Source of the DNA: Bacteroidales bacterium GP1
Lineage (GTDB): Bacteria > Bacteroidota > Bacteroidia > Bacteroidales > Muribaculaceae
NCBI GenBank assembly: GCA_001701105.1
Contig: DAAI01000009.1
Location: forward strand, 41,100-105,099
Length of the DNA: 64,000 bases
Direction: 5' to 3'
The translations under genes and the position numbers were made by a program. Below, piece by piece: positions 38,729-48,620 of this stretch. Each line of letters starts with the position of its first letter. Positions within the stretch are counted from its first letter, which is position 1. Below the pieces are notes generated by a model. That model was given only the letters and a program-made list of their open reading frames with translations. It searched no databases and was not told the DNA's origin.

Positions 38729-39001
38729 TTTGCAAATTTAATAAATAAATGACAATCTACCATATAAGAAAGCATAATTCTGTACGAAATCGGACTAATC
38801 TTAGTCAATATGAGTTCTGATAATTAATATGTTATAATTTTGGCATTTAAATTGTATATACCGAGCCGCATACATTTATCCGGACACTTCAATCATTTAA
38901 TTCCTCCGGACTTTAATATAGGTACCGGATTAAACCGTTGGGGGGATTAAGGCATTATAATAATGACAGAGTATTTTAAACCATCGTTCAAAATTGCTGA
39001 A

Positions 39002-40711
39002 ATGGAAATAATAGATTGGCTGATAAAGACCTTACGAGAGAACCCTGCAATCGCAATCTTTCTAACAATCGGGATTGGTTTCTGGATTGGACGATTCAAA
39101 TATAAATCTTTTTCCCTTGGCACCGTCACTTCCGTGCTATTGGTTGGAGTGCTTGTCGGCCAACTTGATATTCCCGTGCCCGGACCGCTTAAACAAGTGT
39201 TCTTCCTATTATTTCTATTTGCGATAGGATATAGCGTCGGGCCTCAATTCTTCGCCTCTTTGAAAGGAGCCGGATTGAAGCAAGTTCTGTTTGCCGTAGT
39301 GATGTGTGTCATTATCCTGGGCACGACTATCGGTGTGGCGTTTCTCTTCCATTACAATCCCGGCGAGGCTGCGGGATTATTTGCCGGCGCACAGACCGTT
39401 TCGGCCGTGATTGGGGTGGCGGGAGATGCTATTCAGACAATGAACGCTTCTGATGCTGATAAACAGGCTTGGACCAATATTATCCCCGTGGCATATGCCG
39501 TGACTTATATTTTTGGCACGATTGGGTCGGCCTGGATACTTGGTTCTTTCGGACCGATGATGCTCGGTGGGTTGAAAAAGGTTCGCCAACAGACTGAAGA
39601 CCTTGAACGAAGCATGAATGAAGATCCTGCAGATTCGGATCCGGCGTTGTTCAATGCATGGCGTCCGATAGTCTATCGAGCATACAAGGCCACGAGCGAT
39701 TATTTCAGTCAACAGCGCTCAGTGCAGGAGATTGAAGATTATATGGCATCCGGCAATCGGAGGATTTTTGTGGAAAGAGTCCGCTCCGGAAATAATATAG
39801 TTACCCAACCTCTACCGGATTATAAAATTCAAAATGGTGATGAGATTGTGGTATCAGGACGCCGAGAGTTCATCATCGAAGATGAGTCGTGGATTGGTGA
39901 AGAGGTATCTGATCCTGTCTTATTATCCTTCCCTGTTGAGGAGATCCCGGTAATGGTGGCATCAAGACAAGTTGCCGGAACCACTGTTGAAGATTTCCGC
40001 AAATCAAAACGCAATCATGGTGTAATGATAGGCAGTATCCGACGGGGCGGAGTGCAGATACCGGTTCTTAATCAGACCAGGCTTGAACGCGGCGACATTC
40101 TGACTCTCACAGGTCCTGCCAATAATGTAAATGCAGCCGCAAGTTATATCGGTTATGCCGATAAACCCACCACTGCATCGGATATGGTATTTGTAGGACT
40201 CGGAATAGCCATCGGGGCTCTTATTGGAGCCATTACACTCCGGCTTGGAGGAGTTCCTATCAGTCTATCGACAAGTGGGGGTGCCTTGATAGCGGGTTTG
40301 GTTCTCGGGTGGCTCCGCTCTAAGCACCCCACTTTCGGACGCATTCCCGATTCAGCTGTCTGGATTTTCAATAACGTTGGTCTGAATATGTTTATCGCCG
40401 TAATTGGCATTTCCGCCGGACCGACATTCATATCAGGCTTGCAACAGGTGGGATGGCAACTTCTCGCGGCCGGAGCGATAGCCACGACTGTTCCTCTGAT
40501 TTTAGGAATCCTTATCGGTGATAAGTTATTCAAATTTCATCCTGCCATAAATCTCGGTTGTGTAGCCGGAAGCCGTGTCACAACTGCAGCCCTCGGTGCA
40601 ATTCAGGATTCATTGCAATCCACAATCCCGGCTATGGGTTATACAATTACTTATGCCATTGGAAATACATTGCTTATTCTTTGCGGACTTGTGATGGTAT
40701 TTGTGATGTAA
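39002..40711 (+). CDS. aspT: Aspartate:alanine exchanger
   Basis: SLGTVTSVLLVGV, FLFAIGYSVGPQFF, two TrkA_C-like domains, GYTITYAIGN; adjacent to aspD; alternative start 38963. Confidence 0.92.
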   Translation: MEIIDWLIKTLRENPAIAIFLTIGIGFWIGRFKYKSFSLGTVTSVLLVGVLVGQLDIPVPGPLKQVFFLLFLFAIGYSVGPQFFASLKGAGLKQVLFAVVMCVIILGTTIGVAFLFHYNPGEAAGLFAGAQTVSAVIGVAGDAIQTMNASDADKQAWTNIIPVAYAVTYIFGTIGSAWILGSFGPMMLGGLKKVRQQTEDLERSMNEDPADSDPALFNAWRPIVYRAYKATSDYFSQQRSVQEIEDYMASGNRRIFVERVRSGNNIVTQPLPDYKIQNGDEIVVSGRREFIIEDESWIGEEVSDPVLLSFPVEEIPVMVASRQVAGTTVEDFRKSKRNHGVMIGSIRRGGVQIPVLNQTRLERGDILTLTGPANNVNAAASYIGYADKPTTASDMVFVGLGIAIGALIGAITLRLGGVPISLSTSGGALIAGLVLGWLRSKHPTFGRIPDSAVWIFNNVGLNMFIAVIGISAGPTFISGLQQVGWQLLAAGAIATTVPLILGILIGDKLFKFHPAINLGCVAGSRVTTAALGAIQDSLQSTIPAMGYTITYAIGNTLLILCGLVMVFVM

Positions 40712-40754
40712 TGGCAATACTGACATCTTAATAATCTATAAAAACATTAATTAT

Positions 40755-42395
40755 ATGAATTCTTCAGTAAAAAGAAAAGAGCGTGAGCTGGCGAAAATGA
40801 GTCCGTTCGAGATTAAGAACGAGCTGATAAACCTTGCCAAACATGATGCAAGAAAATCTGCGGGACAATTTCTGAATGCCGGACGAGGCAATCCCGACTG
40901 GATAGCAACAGTGCCGAGAGAGGCATTCTTTCTCCTTGGTCAGTGGGCTTTGAGCGAGAGCCGACGCACATTCTACACGGAGCCCGGAATCGCAGGAATG
41001 CCACAGAGCCAGGGGGCAATGGAAAGACTAATGCACTTCCTCACTGTCAACTCCACATATCCGGGCGCATTGCTACTTAACGATGCAATAAACTATTGCA
41101 CTCAGACGCTTGGGATGGATGGCGATGCACTGGCGTTTGAATGGTCGGAAGGTATTATGGGGGATGAATACCCTACTCCTCCGCGTATTCTTGAGCATAC
41201 CGAGGAGATTGTTCGCGCATATCTCGCCCAGGAAATGGGAGACAACGCCCCGAATTATGGCCGCGAGTATGACCTCTTTGCTACAGAAGGAGGCACTGCA
41301 GCAATGTGCTATATCTTCGATTCTCTGCAGGCTAATCATCTTGTGAATACTCACGATAAGATTGCCCTTATGACTCCTATCTTCACTCCATATCTTGAGA
41401 TTCCTGAACTCGACCGATATGAATTTGATGTCGTAGATATTAAGGCCGACAAGATGGATAAAGATGGACTGCATCTTTGGGAATATCCCGATTCTGAACT
41501 CGATAAGCTTCGCGATCCGGCTATCAAATTACTCTGCGTTGTCAACCCCTCGAATCCACCTTCCTATAAACTCTCTGACCATTGCATGCAACGCATCGTG
41601 GAAATCGTGAAGAAAGACAATCCTAATCTGATGATCGTCACCGATGATGTCTATGGAACTTTCGCAAAGGACTTTAAATCATTCATGTATGTCCTTCCCC
41701 AAAACACTCTTTGCGTTTATTCTTTCTCAAAGTATTTCGGGGCAACAGGTTGGAGACTTGCCACGATAGCACTCGCAAAAGACAATATCTACGATCGACT
41801 CCTTTCCGATCTCCCCGATATCCAGAAGAACGATCTTTACAATAGATACCGGTCTCTTTCTCCCAATCCGGATGCGATTAAATTTATCGACCGTCTTGTG
41901 GCCGATTCCCGTTCCGTAGCCCTCAATCATACGGCCGGACTATCGACCCCACAGCAGATCCAGATGAGTTTATTCTCACTGATGTGCCTTGTCGATAAGG
42001 AGAACGTATATAAGAAAGCTATGCAGGATATGATCCATGCTCGCCTGAAAGCACTATGGGACGCCACCGGATTCACTCTTACTCCGGATTCGAACCGTGT
42101 GGGATACTATGCGGAAATGGATATAATGGTATGGGGAAAGAAACTCTATGGTGAAGACTTCTGCAAATGGCTAAATACCAATTATGAGCCTCTTGATGTT
42201 GTGCTTCGTCTGGCTCGCGAGACATCGATAGTCCTCCTCAACGGAAGTGGCTTTGCAGGACCCGACTGGAGCGTAAGGACATCCCTTGCCAATCTATCCG
42301 AACCCGATTATATTGTCATCGGGAAAGCTATAAGAAAGATTCTCGGAGACTATCACGAGGAGTATGTCAAGGCTACATCATCCAAACAAAAATAA
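40755..42395 (+). CDS. aspD: L-aspartate 4-decarboxylase (PLP-dependent)
   Basis: SPFEIKN, LNAGRGNPDW, EGGTAAM, VNPSNPPS, TDDVYGTF, YSFSKYFGATGWRL. Confidence 0.95.
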   Translation: MNSSVKRKERELAKMSPFEIKNELINLAKHDARKSAGQFLNAGRGNPDWIATVPREAFFLLGQWALSESRRTFYTEPGIAGMPQSQGAMERLMHFLTVNSTYPGALLLNDAINYCTQTLGMDGDALAFEWSEGIMGDEYPTPPRILEHTEEIVRAYLAQEMGDNAPNYGREYDLFATEGGTAAMCYIFDSLQANHLVNTHDKIALMTPIFTPYLEIPELDRYEFDVVDIKADKMDKDGLHLWEYPDSELDKLRDPAIKLLCVVNPSNPPSYKLSDHCMQRIVEIVKKDNPNLMIVTDDVYGTFAKDFKSFMYVLPQNTLCVYSFSKYFGATGWRLATIALAKDNIYDRLLSDLPDIQKNDLYNRYRSLSPNPDAIKFIDRLVADSRSVALNHTAGLSTPQQIQMSLFSLMCLVDKENVYKKAMQDMIHARLKALWDATGFTLTPDSNRVGYYAEMDIMVWGKKLYGEDFCKWLNTNYEPLDVVLRLARETSIVLLNGSGFAGPDWSVRTSLANLSEPDYIVIGKAIRKILGDYHEEYVKATSSKQK

Positions 42396-42417
42396 TAATA
42401 AAAATATCTTTAATATC

Positions 42418-42445
42418 GAGGCGGATTCCATGAAGAATCTGCCTC
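42418..42445 (+). terminator. Terminator after aspD
   Basis: GAGGCGGATTC-catgaa-GAATCTGCCTC. Confidence 0.65.
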
Positions 42446-42615
42446 AATTGTTGTATATAATATCATCCCATTTGATTGAACAGAAAATTTTATTCATTGA
42501 AAAAATACTAACTTACTTATTAAACCAAAACATTTGCCTTAATGTTTTAATTATGAAGGTTGCGATTCCTCTCATCTGAATCGAGATTGTAATCAAGCAA
42601 CCGGGTTACGAAATT

Positions 42616-44055
42616 ATGAACATCTGTTGGAGCATTACGCGGTCAGAACATTCCAAATATCTATTGGCATGCCTGATAGCCTTTTCTTTTATCAACCTAT
42701 CGTTTTCGTCCTCCGCAACCATACGTCCCGAGACATTCGATTCCGTTCCTGCGTCATGGTCCTATGAATCCCCACATTATACCACTCTGCCTTCTGAAGA
42801 CGACTGGTGGAAGGGATTCGACGATCCTGTACTTACCGAATTGATAAGCCTTGGCGAACAAAATTCTTTCGATCTTTCGATGGCGGAAAGGAGAATAAAA
42901 ATGGCTCAGCTTACTCTGTCGCAGACGCTATCGGGGTATTATCCGACAATCGGTCTCTCTGCCGGCTATAACGCCTCTCGATCATCCGGCGCTTTGCAGC
43001 GGCCCGTTACTTCAGGTAACAATTCCTCTTTCTTTGACATCGGCCTGAATTTCTCTTGGGAAATTGATCTTTTTGCCAGAATACGCGAGCAGGCAAAAGG
43101 AGATAAGGCTCAGTACCGAGCCTCTAAAGCAGAATATACAGCAGCGATGGTATCGTTATGCTCCAATATTGCCCAGGCATATATAAATCTTAGGCTTGCG
43201 CAAGCCAGAATTGATGTCGCTCGACGGCAGATTGCAATTCAGGAACGAAGCTGCGCCATAGCTAAGGCAAGGTATGAGACAGGACTTGCCTCTAAGCTCG
43301 ATGTCGCCCAATCGCTTACCGTGCTCTATACCACTCAGGCAGGTTTACCCGGGCTTGAAAACAATGAGACATCAGCTATCAATGCCATTGCGCTTCTGAT
43401 TGGATGTTATCCCGAAAAGATATCCGAATTATTACGCCGTCCCCACGAGCAGTTGAATCCTTTCCGGTTAATCCGCATAGGCGTTCCATCCGACTTGATT
43501 CGCCGACGGCCCGATATTCTTCAGGCTGAATACCAATTAGCAGCTTATGCGGCGCAGGCGGGAATAGCCAAGAAAGATTTCCTCCCTACTCTTACTCTTT
43601 CCGGATCTATCGGAACATCAGCCCATAATGCCCAAGACCTCTTCTCAAAAAACAGTCTTACATATTCCATTGCTCCAACACTTTCCTGGACTGTATTCGA
43701 AGGGATGGCTCGCTCCCGCAGGGTTGCATATGCAAAAGAACAAATGCTCTCGGGCATTGATAATTATAATCTCATCGTTATGTCGGCTGTAATCGAGACA
43801 GAAGATGCACTTGGAGCTTACGAAACGGCCTTACAGCAGATATCCTTAATTAAAAAGGTTTGCGACGAAAGCGAAGAATACTTCAATCTTGCCTTCGATC
43901 GTTACAAACGCGGACTATCGGCTTTTACGGATGTAATGAATGCCCTTGTCAACCTATTGGATAATGAAAATTCCCTTATCCAGACAAAGGCGTCCGCTCT
44001 TTCATCGCTAATCAAAGTCTATGCTGCTGTTGCAGGGAGTCCTGAAATTAAATAA
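42616..44055 (+). CDS. Outer-membrane efflux protein (TolC/NodT family)
   Basis: WWKGFDDPVL, SWEIDLF, GVPSDLIRRRPDI motifs. Confidence 0.92.
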   Translation: MNICWSITRSEHSKYLLACLIAFSFINLSFSSSATIRPETFDSVPASWSYESPHYTTLPSEDDWWKGFDDPVLTELISLGEQNSFDLSMAERRIKMAQLTLSQTLSGYYPTIGLSAGYNASRSSGALQRPVTSGNNSSFFDIGLNFSWEIDLFARIREQAKGDKAQYRASKAEYTAAMVSLCSNIAQAYINLRLAQARIDVARRQIAIQERSCAIAKARYETGLASKLDVAQSLTVLYTTQAGLPGLENNETSAINAIALLIGCYPEKISELLRRPHEQLNPFRLIRIGVPSDLIRRRPDILQAEYQLAAYAAQAGIAKKDFLPTLTLSGSIGTSAHNAQDLFSKNSLTYSIAPTLSWTVFEGMARSRRVAYAKEQMLSGIDNYNLIVMSAVIETEDALGAYETALQQISLIKKVCDESEEYFNLAFDRYKRGLSAFTDVMNALVNLLDNENSLIQTKASALSSLIKVYAAVAGSPEIK

Positions 44056-44082
44056 TAACCTAAATACATAAATCTTTCTTCC

Positions 44083-45192
44083 ATGAAACTAAAATATATC
44101 TTAATCCTGATCGCTTCTGTCATCATCTTTGAAGGATGTCATAAGAGTAAGAAAGAGACGGTTGTGATTCCAGAAGTGGATGTGGCCACTCCATTAGTAG
44201 ATTCAGTTACCCTGCATAAGACATATCCCGGATATATCCGCGCCCAGAATAATGCCGATATAGTCGGCCGGGTCAACGGCCAGTTACTTACCCAGAATTA
44301 TAGCGGCGGCGATTATGTGACAAAAGGTCAGGTGCTCTTTACAATAGAATCATCAAAATATCGGGATGCCGTGCAACAGGCAGAGGCAGCCCTGAAAACG
44401 GCGCAGAGCCAATATGACTATGCTTCCAGGCAATACGAAGCGATGAAAAAAGCCCTGCAAGCTGACGCCGTATCTCAAATGGACGTAATTCAGGCGGAAA
44501 GCTCGATGAATACCGCCAAAGCCGCCATTCAGAATGCTTCAGCCTCTTTAGCAACCGCGAGGGAAAATCTCGGATATTGCACCATCCGCGCCACTCGCCC
44601 CGGCCGTATTTCCAATGCCACGATGTCGACAGGTAATTATGTCAATGGCGAAGGCGCTCCGGTTAAATTGGCCACTATTTTTGATGACAGCCGGGTGAAA
44701 GCGGTGTTTGAAATTGAGGCTGCCCAGTATGAGATAATGCTCGGCGAACAAAATCCTTTTGAGAACAAACTTCTCCGTTCCATTCCACTATCATTTGAGC
44801 AACCTCTCCCCCATTCATACACAGCCGACCTTACATATACATCGCCCAATGTGCAGACATCCACCGGAACCATAACTCTCGAAGGCACTCTGGATAATTC
44901 CAACAAGGAATTGAAAGACGGTATGTACGTGTCTATCGATCTCCCGTACGGCACCGAACCTAAGGCAATTCTTATCCGGGATGCGGCGATAGGTACTGAC
45001 CAGCTTGGAAAATATGTCTATCTTGTGAACGACTCTAATAAAATTGTATATACTCCGATCGAAATCGGACAACTTTATCAGGATACACTTAGGATTGTTA
45101 CCAAGGGACTAACCCCGAACGACAGATATGTCACCAAGGCTTTGCTTACAGTCCGCAATGGACAGACAATTAAACCGGTTTTGAAGAAATAA
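44083..45192 (+). CDS. RND periplasmic adaptor subunit (lipoprotein)
   Basis: Lipobox FEGC; RVNGQL, VTKGQVLFTI, LGYCTIRA, AIGTDQLGKYV. Confidence 0.93.
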   Translation: MKLKYILILIASVIIFEGCHKSKKETVVIPEVDVATPLVDSVTLHKTYPGYIRAQNNADIVGRVNGQLLTQNYSGGDYVTKGQVLFTIESSKYRDAVQQAEAALKTAQSQYDYASRQYEAMKKALQADAVSQMDVIQAESSMNTAKAAIQNASASLATARENLGYCTIRATRPGRISNATMSTGNYVNGEGAPVKLATIFDDSRVKAVFEIEAAQYEIMLGEQNPFENKLLRSIPLSFEQPLPHSYTADLTYTSPNVQTSTGTITLEGTLDNSNKELKDGMYVSIDLPYGTEPKAILIRDAAIGTDQLGKYVYLVNDSNKIVYTPIEIGQLYQDTLRIVTKGLTPNDRYVTKALLTVRNGQTIKPVLKK

Positions 45193-45211
45193 CAGCCAAA
45201 AATCCTCATCT

Positions 45212-48200
45212 ATGTTCTCAAACTTCTTCATAAAACGACCGATTTTCGCTACTGTCATTGCTATCCTGATGGTAATAGCGGGTCTTATGACAATGCGGAC
45301 ACTGCCGGTGTCGCAATATCCCGACATCACTCCTCCCACCGTAATGGTCGCAGCCTCTTATCCGGGGGCTAACGCTTCAACTGTGGCTAAAGCGATCGGC
45401 GTTCCTATCGAACAGCAGATAAATGGAGTGGAGAATATGCTCTATATGAGTTCCACATCCGGCGATGATGGCAGCTATATGCTTACAATCACATTCAAGA
45501 ACGGCACAGATATCGATCAGGCCGCTATCGATGTACAGAACAGAGTTAATATGGCCCAAGGCCAATTGCCTACCACAGTCACCGAGCAAGGAATAAATGT
45601 TAGAAAGGAATCGAGTAATCAGGTTCTGTTTGTCACACTTCAGAGCAATGATCCTAAACGCTATGACGCTCTTTACCTCACCAATTATGCACAGCTGAAT
45701 ATCATCGACCCACTATCTCGGGTCGACGGAGTCGGTGGCGTGGATGCCTTCGGGTCGGGAGAATACAGTATGCGCGTATGGCTTGATCCTTTCAAAATGC
45801 GTGTCCGCAATCTTACCCCCGCTGATGTTGAGGCTGCCATCAGGGCTCAGAATATGGAGGTATCTGCCGGTTCGGTGGGTGCGGCTCCTACTCCTGATAA
45901 CGGTGATTTCAGATATACCATCGTGGTAAATGGTCAGCTCACGGATCCTGATGAATTTGCAAATATCGTACTTCGTTCCGACGGGAATGGATTATTAAGG
46001 CTCCGGGATGTGGCCAAAGTGGAATTGGGTAGTTCATCTTATTCCTCCGTCTCTAAAGTAAATGGTGAGGAAACGGCACTGATAGGTATTCGCCAGATTC
46101 CGGGAGCGAATGCGCTTGATGTGGCGAAAGGGGCGATAAAGGAACTCGATCGTCTGAGTGAATATTTTCCCGAGGGTGTGGAATATAGGGTGGTAATGAA
46201 CTCGACGGAATATGTCAGCAGATCGATAGATGAAGTGCTTGTCACATTCGTAGAAACTTCCCTTATCGTGATGATCGTAATCCTCCTTTTCCTGCAAAAT
46301 TGGAGAGCGGTGGTGATCCCGATGCTTACAATTCCGGTATCTCTTATCGCCACCTTTGCAGTGATGAAACTAATGGGCTTCTCAATCAATACTCTTACCC
46401 TTTTCGGACTCGTATTGGCAATTGCCATTGTGGTCGATGATGCCATTGTGGTGGTGGAAGATTGCTCGCGGCTTGTGGATGAAGGGAAGTTAAATCGAAT
46501 TCAAGCTGCCGAAAAAGCCATGAACGAACTTACCGGCCCTGTGATTGGCGAGGTTCTTGTGTTGATGTCAGTGTTTATCCCTACAGCTTTTGTCAGCGGC
46601 ATCACCGGCTCACTATATAAGCAATTCGCATTGACAATAGCGGTTTCTACTGCATTTTCCGGATTCAATGCTCTAACGCTCACCCCGGCATTGTGCGCCC
46701 TTTTCCTGGTTCCGAGAAAGCCTGCGAAGTTCTTCATTTACCGCTGGTTCAATGTAGCATGGAATAAGGTTGAAAACTTGTATGACAAAACTATAGGAAA
46801 GATGCTTAAACATGCCAGTCTTTCCCTTGTGATATATCTCGTGATAGCCGCAGCGGCCTTCTGGGGTTTTCTTTCATGGCCGACAAGTTATATTCCACAA
46901 GAGGACATGGGATATTTCATGACATCGATTCAACTGCCAACCGGGGCATCGCTCGACCGCACTGAGAAAGTGGTTGATGCCTTGTCGGAAAGGATTCAGA
47001 AAGAAGTGCCGGGAATACGCGATGTGATGAGCACGGCCGGACAATCATTTGTCGGTGGAAGCGGTTCTAACTGCGGTTCGTTCTTCGTAATGCTGAAACC
47101 CTGGAAAGATAGAAAGAGTAAATCGGAATCCATTGATGCGATTATGGCCAAAGTAAATGAAATCTCTTCGCAATTTCAGGAAGCTGTAATATTCTCCATG
47201 AACCCGCCGGCAATTCCGGGCCTTGGTATGAGTTCAGGATTAGAGATGCAGTTGCTTGATCTTAACGGCCTCGGAGCATCAGAGCTATCTAAAGCACTCG
47301 ATGAAGTCAAGAGAGCCGCTGCCGATGACGATCGTATTGCCTCTGTCACAACTTCCTATCAAGGGGAAGTTCCTCAATACCGGCTTATATTCGACCGCGA
47401 TCGCGCACTCATGCAAGGAATAGGAATTGAAGATATCAACGCTACTCTTTCGGGTTATCTTGGCGATGCCTATGTGAATGATTTCTTTGACTTCGGGCGT
47501 AGTTTTCAGGTCACATTGAAAGGTGATCCTGATTCAAGGGCCGATATACAGGATATACGCCGCCTTAGCGTACGCAACTCAAATGGGGAGATGGTGCCAT
47601 TCTCTACATTCACAAAAATAGAACCCATCATGGGCACTCCGAGCGTGAGCCGCTATAATATGTATGAGACCGCCGGACTGACAGCCACCCCGGCTAAAGG
47701 AGTCAGTTCATCAGAAGGAATCAAAGCTATGGAAGATATTGTCACTAAAACACTCGGCAAGAACTATAGCTATGCATGGACGGGACAGGCTTATCAGGAA
47801 ACACAATCGGGTGTGACCATTACCTTCGTCTTTATATTCGCCATAATTATGACAATCCTTGTGCTTTCCGCCCAATATGAAAGCTGGACCGATCCGATTG
47901 CTGTGGTGTTAAGCATGCCGGTAGCAATTTTGGGCACGATCTTAGGCTGCATAATAATGAGTCAGAGCATCAGCATATACACTCAGATCGGATTGATTCT
48001 ATTGCTTGGTATGTCGGCTAAAAATGCAATTCTAATAGTGGAATATGCTATCGACTATCGCCGTCAGGGAATACCTATCATTCAGGCCGCGCAAGATGCA
48101 GGACGAGTCAGATTCCGCCCTATCATGATGACAGCATTGGCATTCGTATTCGGTGTAATGCCTATGATGTTTGCAACCGGACCGGGTGCAAACAGCCGGA

Positions 48201-48388
48201 TAGAATTAGGCACTGCGGTAGTATTCGGCATGGCTATGAATGCCTTTATTGGAACGCTCTTTGTACCGAACTTCTGGGTGCTTATGCAGACAATTCAGGA
48301 AAAATATCTATCTAAATTGATCCCTGCTCCAAAAACTCCGGCAGCCTCAGCAGGGTCTGAGAATTCATCCGGCACCGGTGGAGTTTGA
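45212..48388 (+). CDS. RND efflux permease (HAE1/AcrB family)
   Basis: FFIKRPIFA, VVDDAIVVVE, AKNAILIVE, RFRPIMMT. Confidence 0.96.
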   Translation: MFSNFFIKRPIFATVIAILMVIAGLMTMRTLPVSQYPDITPPTVMVAASYPGANASTVAKAIGVPIEQQINGVENMLYMSSTSGDDGSYMLTITFKNGTDIDQAAIDVQNRVNMAQGQLPTTVTEQGINVRKESSNQVLFVTLQSNDPKRYDALYLTNYAQLNIIDPLSRVDGVGGVDAFGSGEYSMRVWLDPFKMRVRNLTPADVEAAIRAQNMEVSAGSVGAAPTPDNGDFRYTIVVNGQLTDPDEFANIVLRSDGNGLLRLRDVAKVELGSSSYSSVSKVNGEETALIGIRQIPGANALDVAKGAIKELDRLSEYFPEGVEYRVVMNSTEYVSRSIDEVLVTFVETSLIVMIVILLFLQNWRAVVIPMLTIPVSLIATFAVMKLMGFSINTLTLFGLVLAIAIVVDDAIVVVEDCSRLVDEGKLNRIQAAEKAMNELTGPVIGEVLVLMSVFIPTAFVSGITGSLYKQFALTIAVSTAFSGFNALTLTPALCALFLVPRKPAKFFIYRWFNVAWNKVENLYDKTIGKMLKHASLSLVIYLVIAAAAFWGFLSWPTSYIPQEDMGYFMTSIQLPTGASLDRTEKVVDALSERIQKEVPGIRDVMSTAGQSFVGGSGSNCGSFFVMLKPWKDRKSKSESIDAIMAKVNEISSQFQEAVIFSMNPPAIPGLGMSSGLEMQLLDLNGLGASELSKALDEVKRAAADDDRIASVTTSYQGEVPQYRLIFDRDRALMQGIGIEDINATLSGYLGDAYVNDFFDFGRSFQVTLKGDPDSRADIQDIRRLSVRNSNGEMVPFSTFTKIEPIMGTPSVSRYNMYETAGLTATPAKGVSSSEGIKAMEDIVTKTLGKNYSYAWTGQAYQETQSGVTITFVFIFAIIMTILVLSAQYESWTDPIAVVLSMPVAILGTILGCIIMSQSISIYTQIGLILLLGMSAKNAILIVEYAIDYRRQGIPIIQAAQDAGRVRFRPIMMTALAFVFGVMPMMFATGPGANSRIELGTAVVFGMAMNAFIGTLFVPNFWVLMQTIQEKYLSKLIPAPKTPAASAGSENSSGTGGV

Positions 48389-48415
48389 CTATATCTGTTA
48401 TTTGGATATATAATT

Positions 48416-48447
48416 GGAGTGCTTTGATTATCAGGGCACTCCTTTTT
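48416..48447 (+). terminator. Intrinsic terminator after the RND operon
   Basis: GGAGTGCTTTGA-tta-TCAGGGCACTCC-TTTTT. Confidence 0.8.
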
Positions 48448-48564
48448 ATCTTGGATCATACGTTGAAATCGAAGGCTTTTCATCGGGATTCCGGAAATGC
48501 TTAAGAAATTAAAGGATGATTGAAAATAGATTATAGTTGATAGGTTAGTTATCATTTCTAAAAG

Positions 48565-48596
48565 CAGAGACTGCGTCGGGATTGGCACAGTCTCTG
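48565..48596 (-). terminator. Intrinsic terminator after tricorn protease
   Basis: CAGAGACTG...CAGTCTCTG followed by CTTTT on the minus strand. Confidence 0.7.
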
Positions 48597-48620
48597 TTAA
48601 ATTATAAAAACAATGATGAC

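Noticed and set aside
31648..48388. Possible genomic island integrated at tRNA-Ser (accessory-looking genes follow it)
   Set aside because: No integrase, no duplicated tRNA 3' end and no mobility genes found in the window
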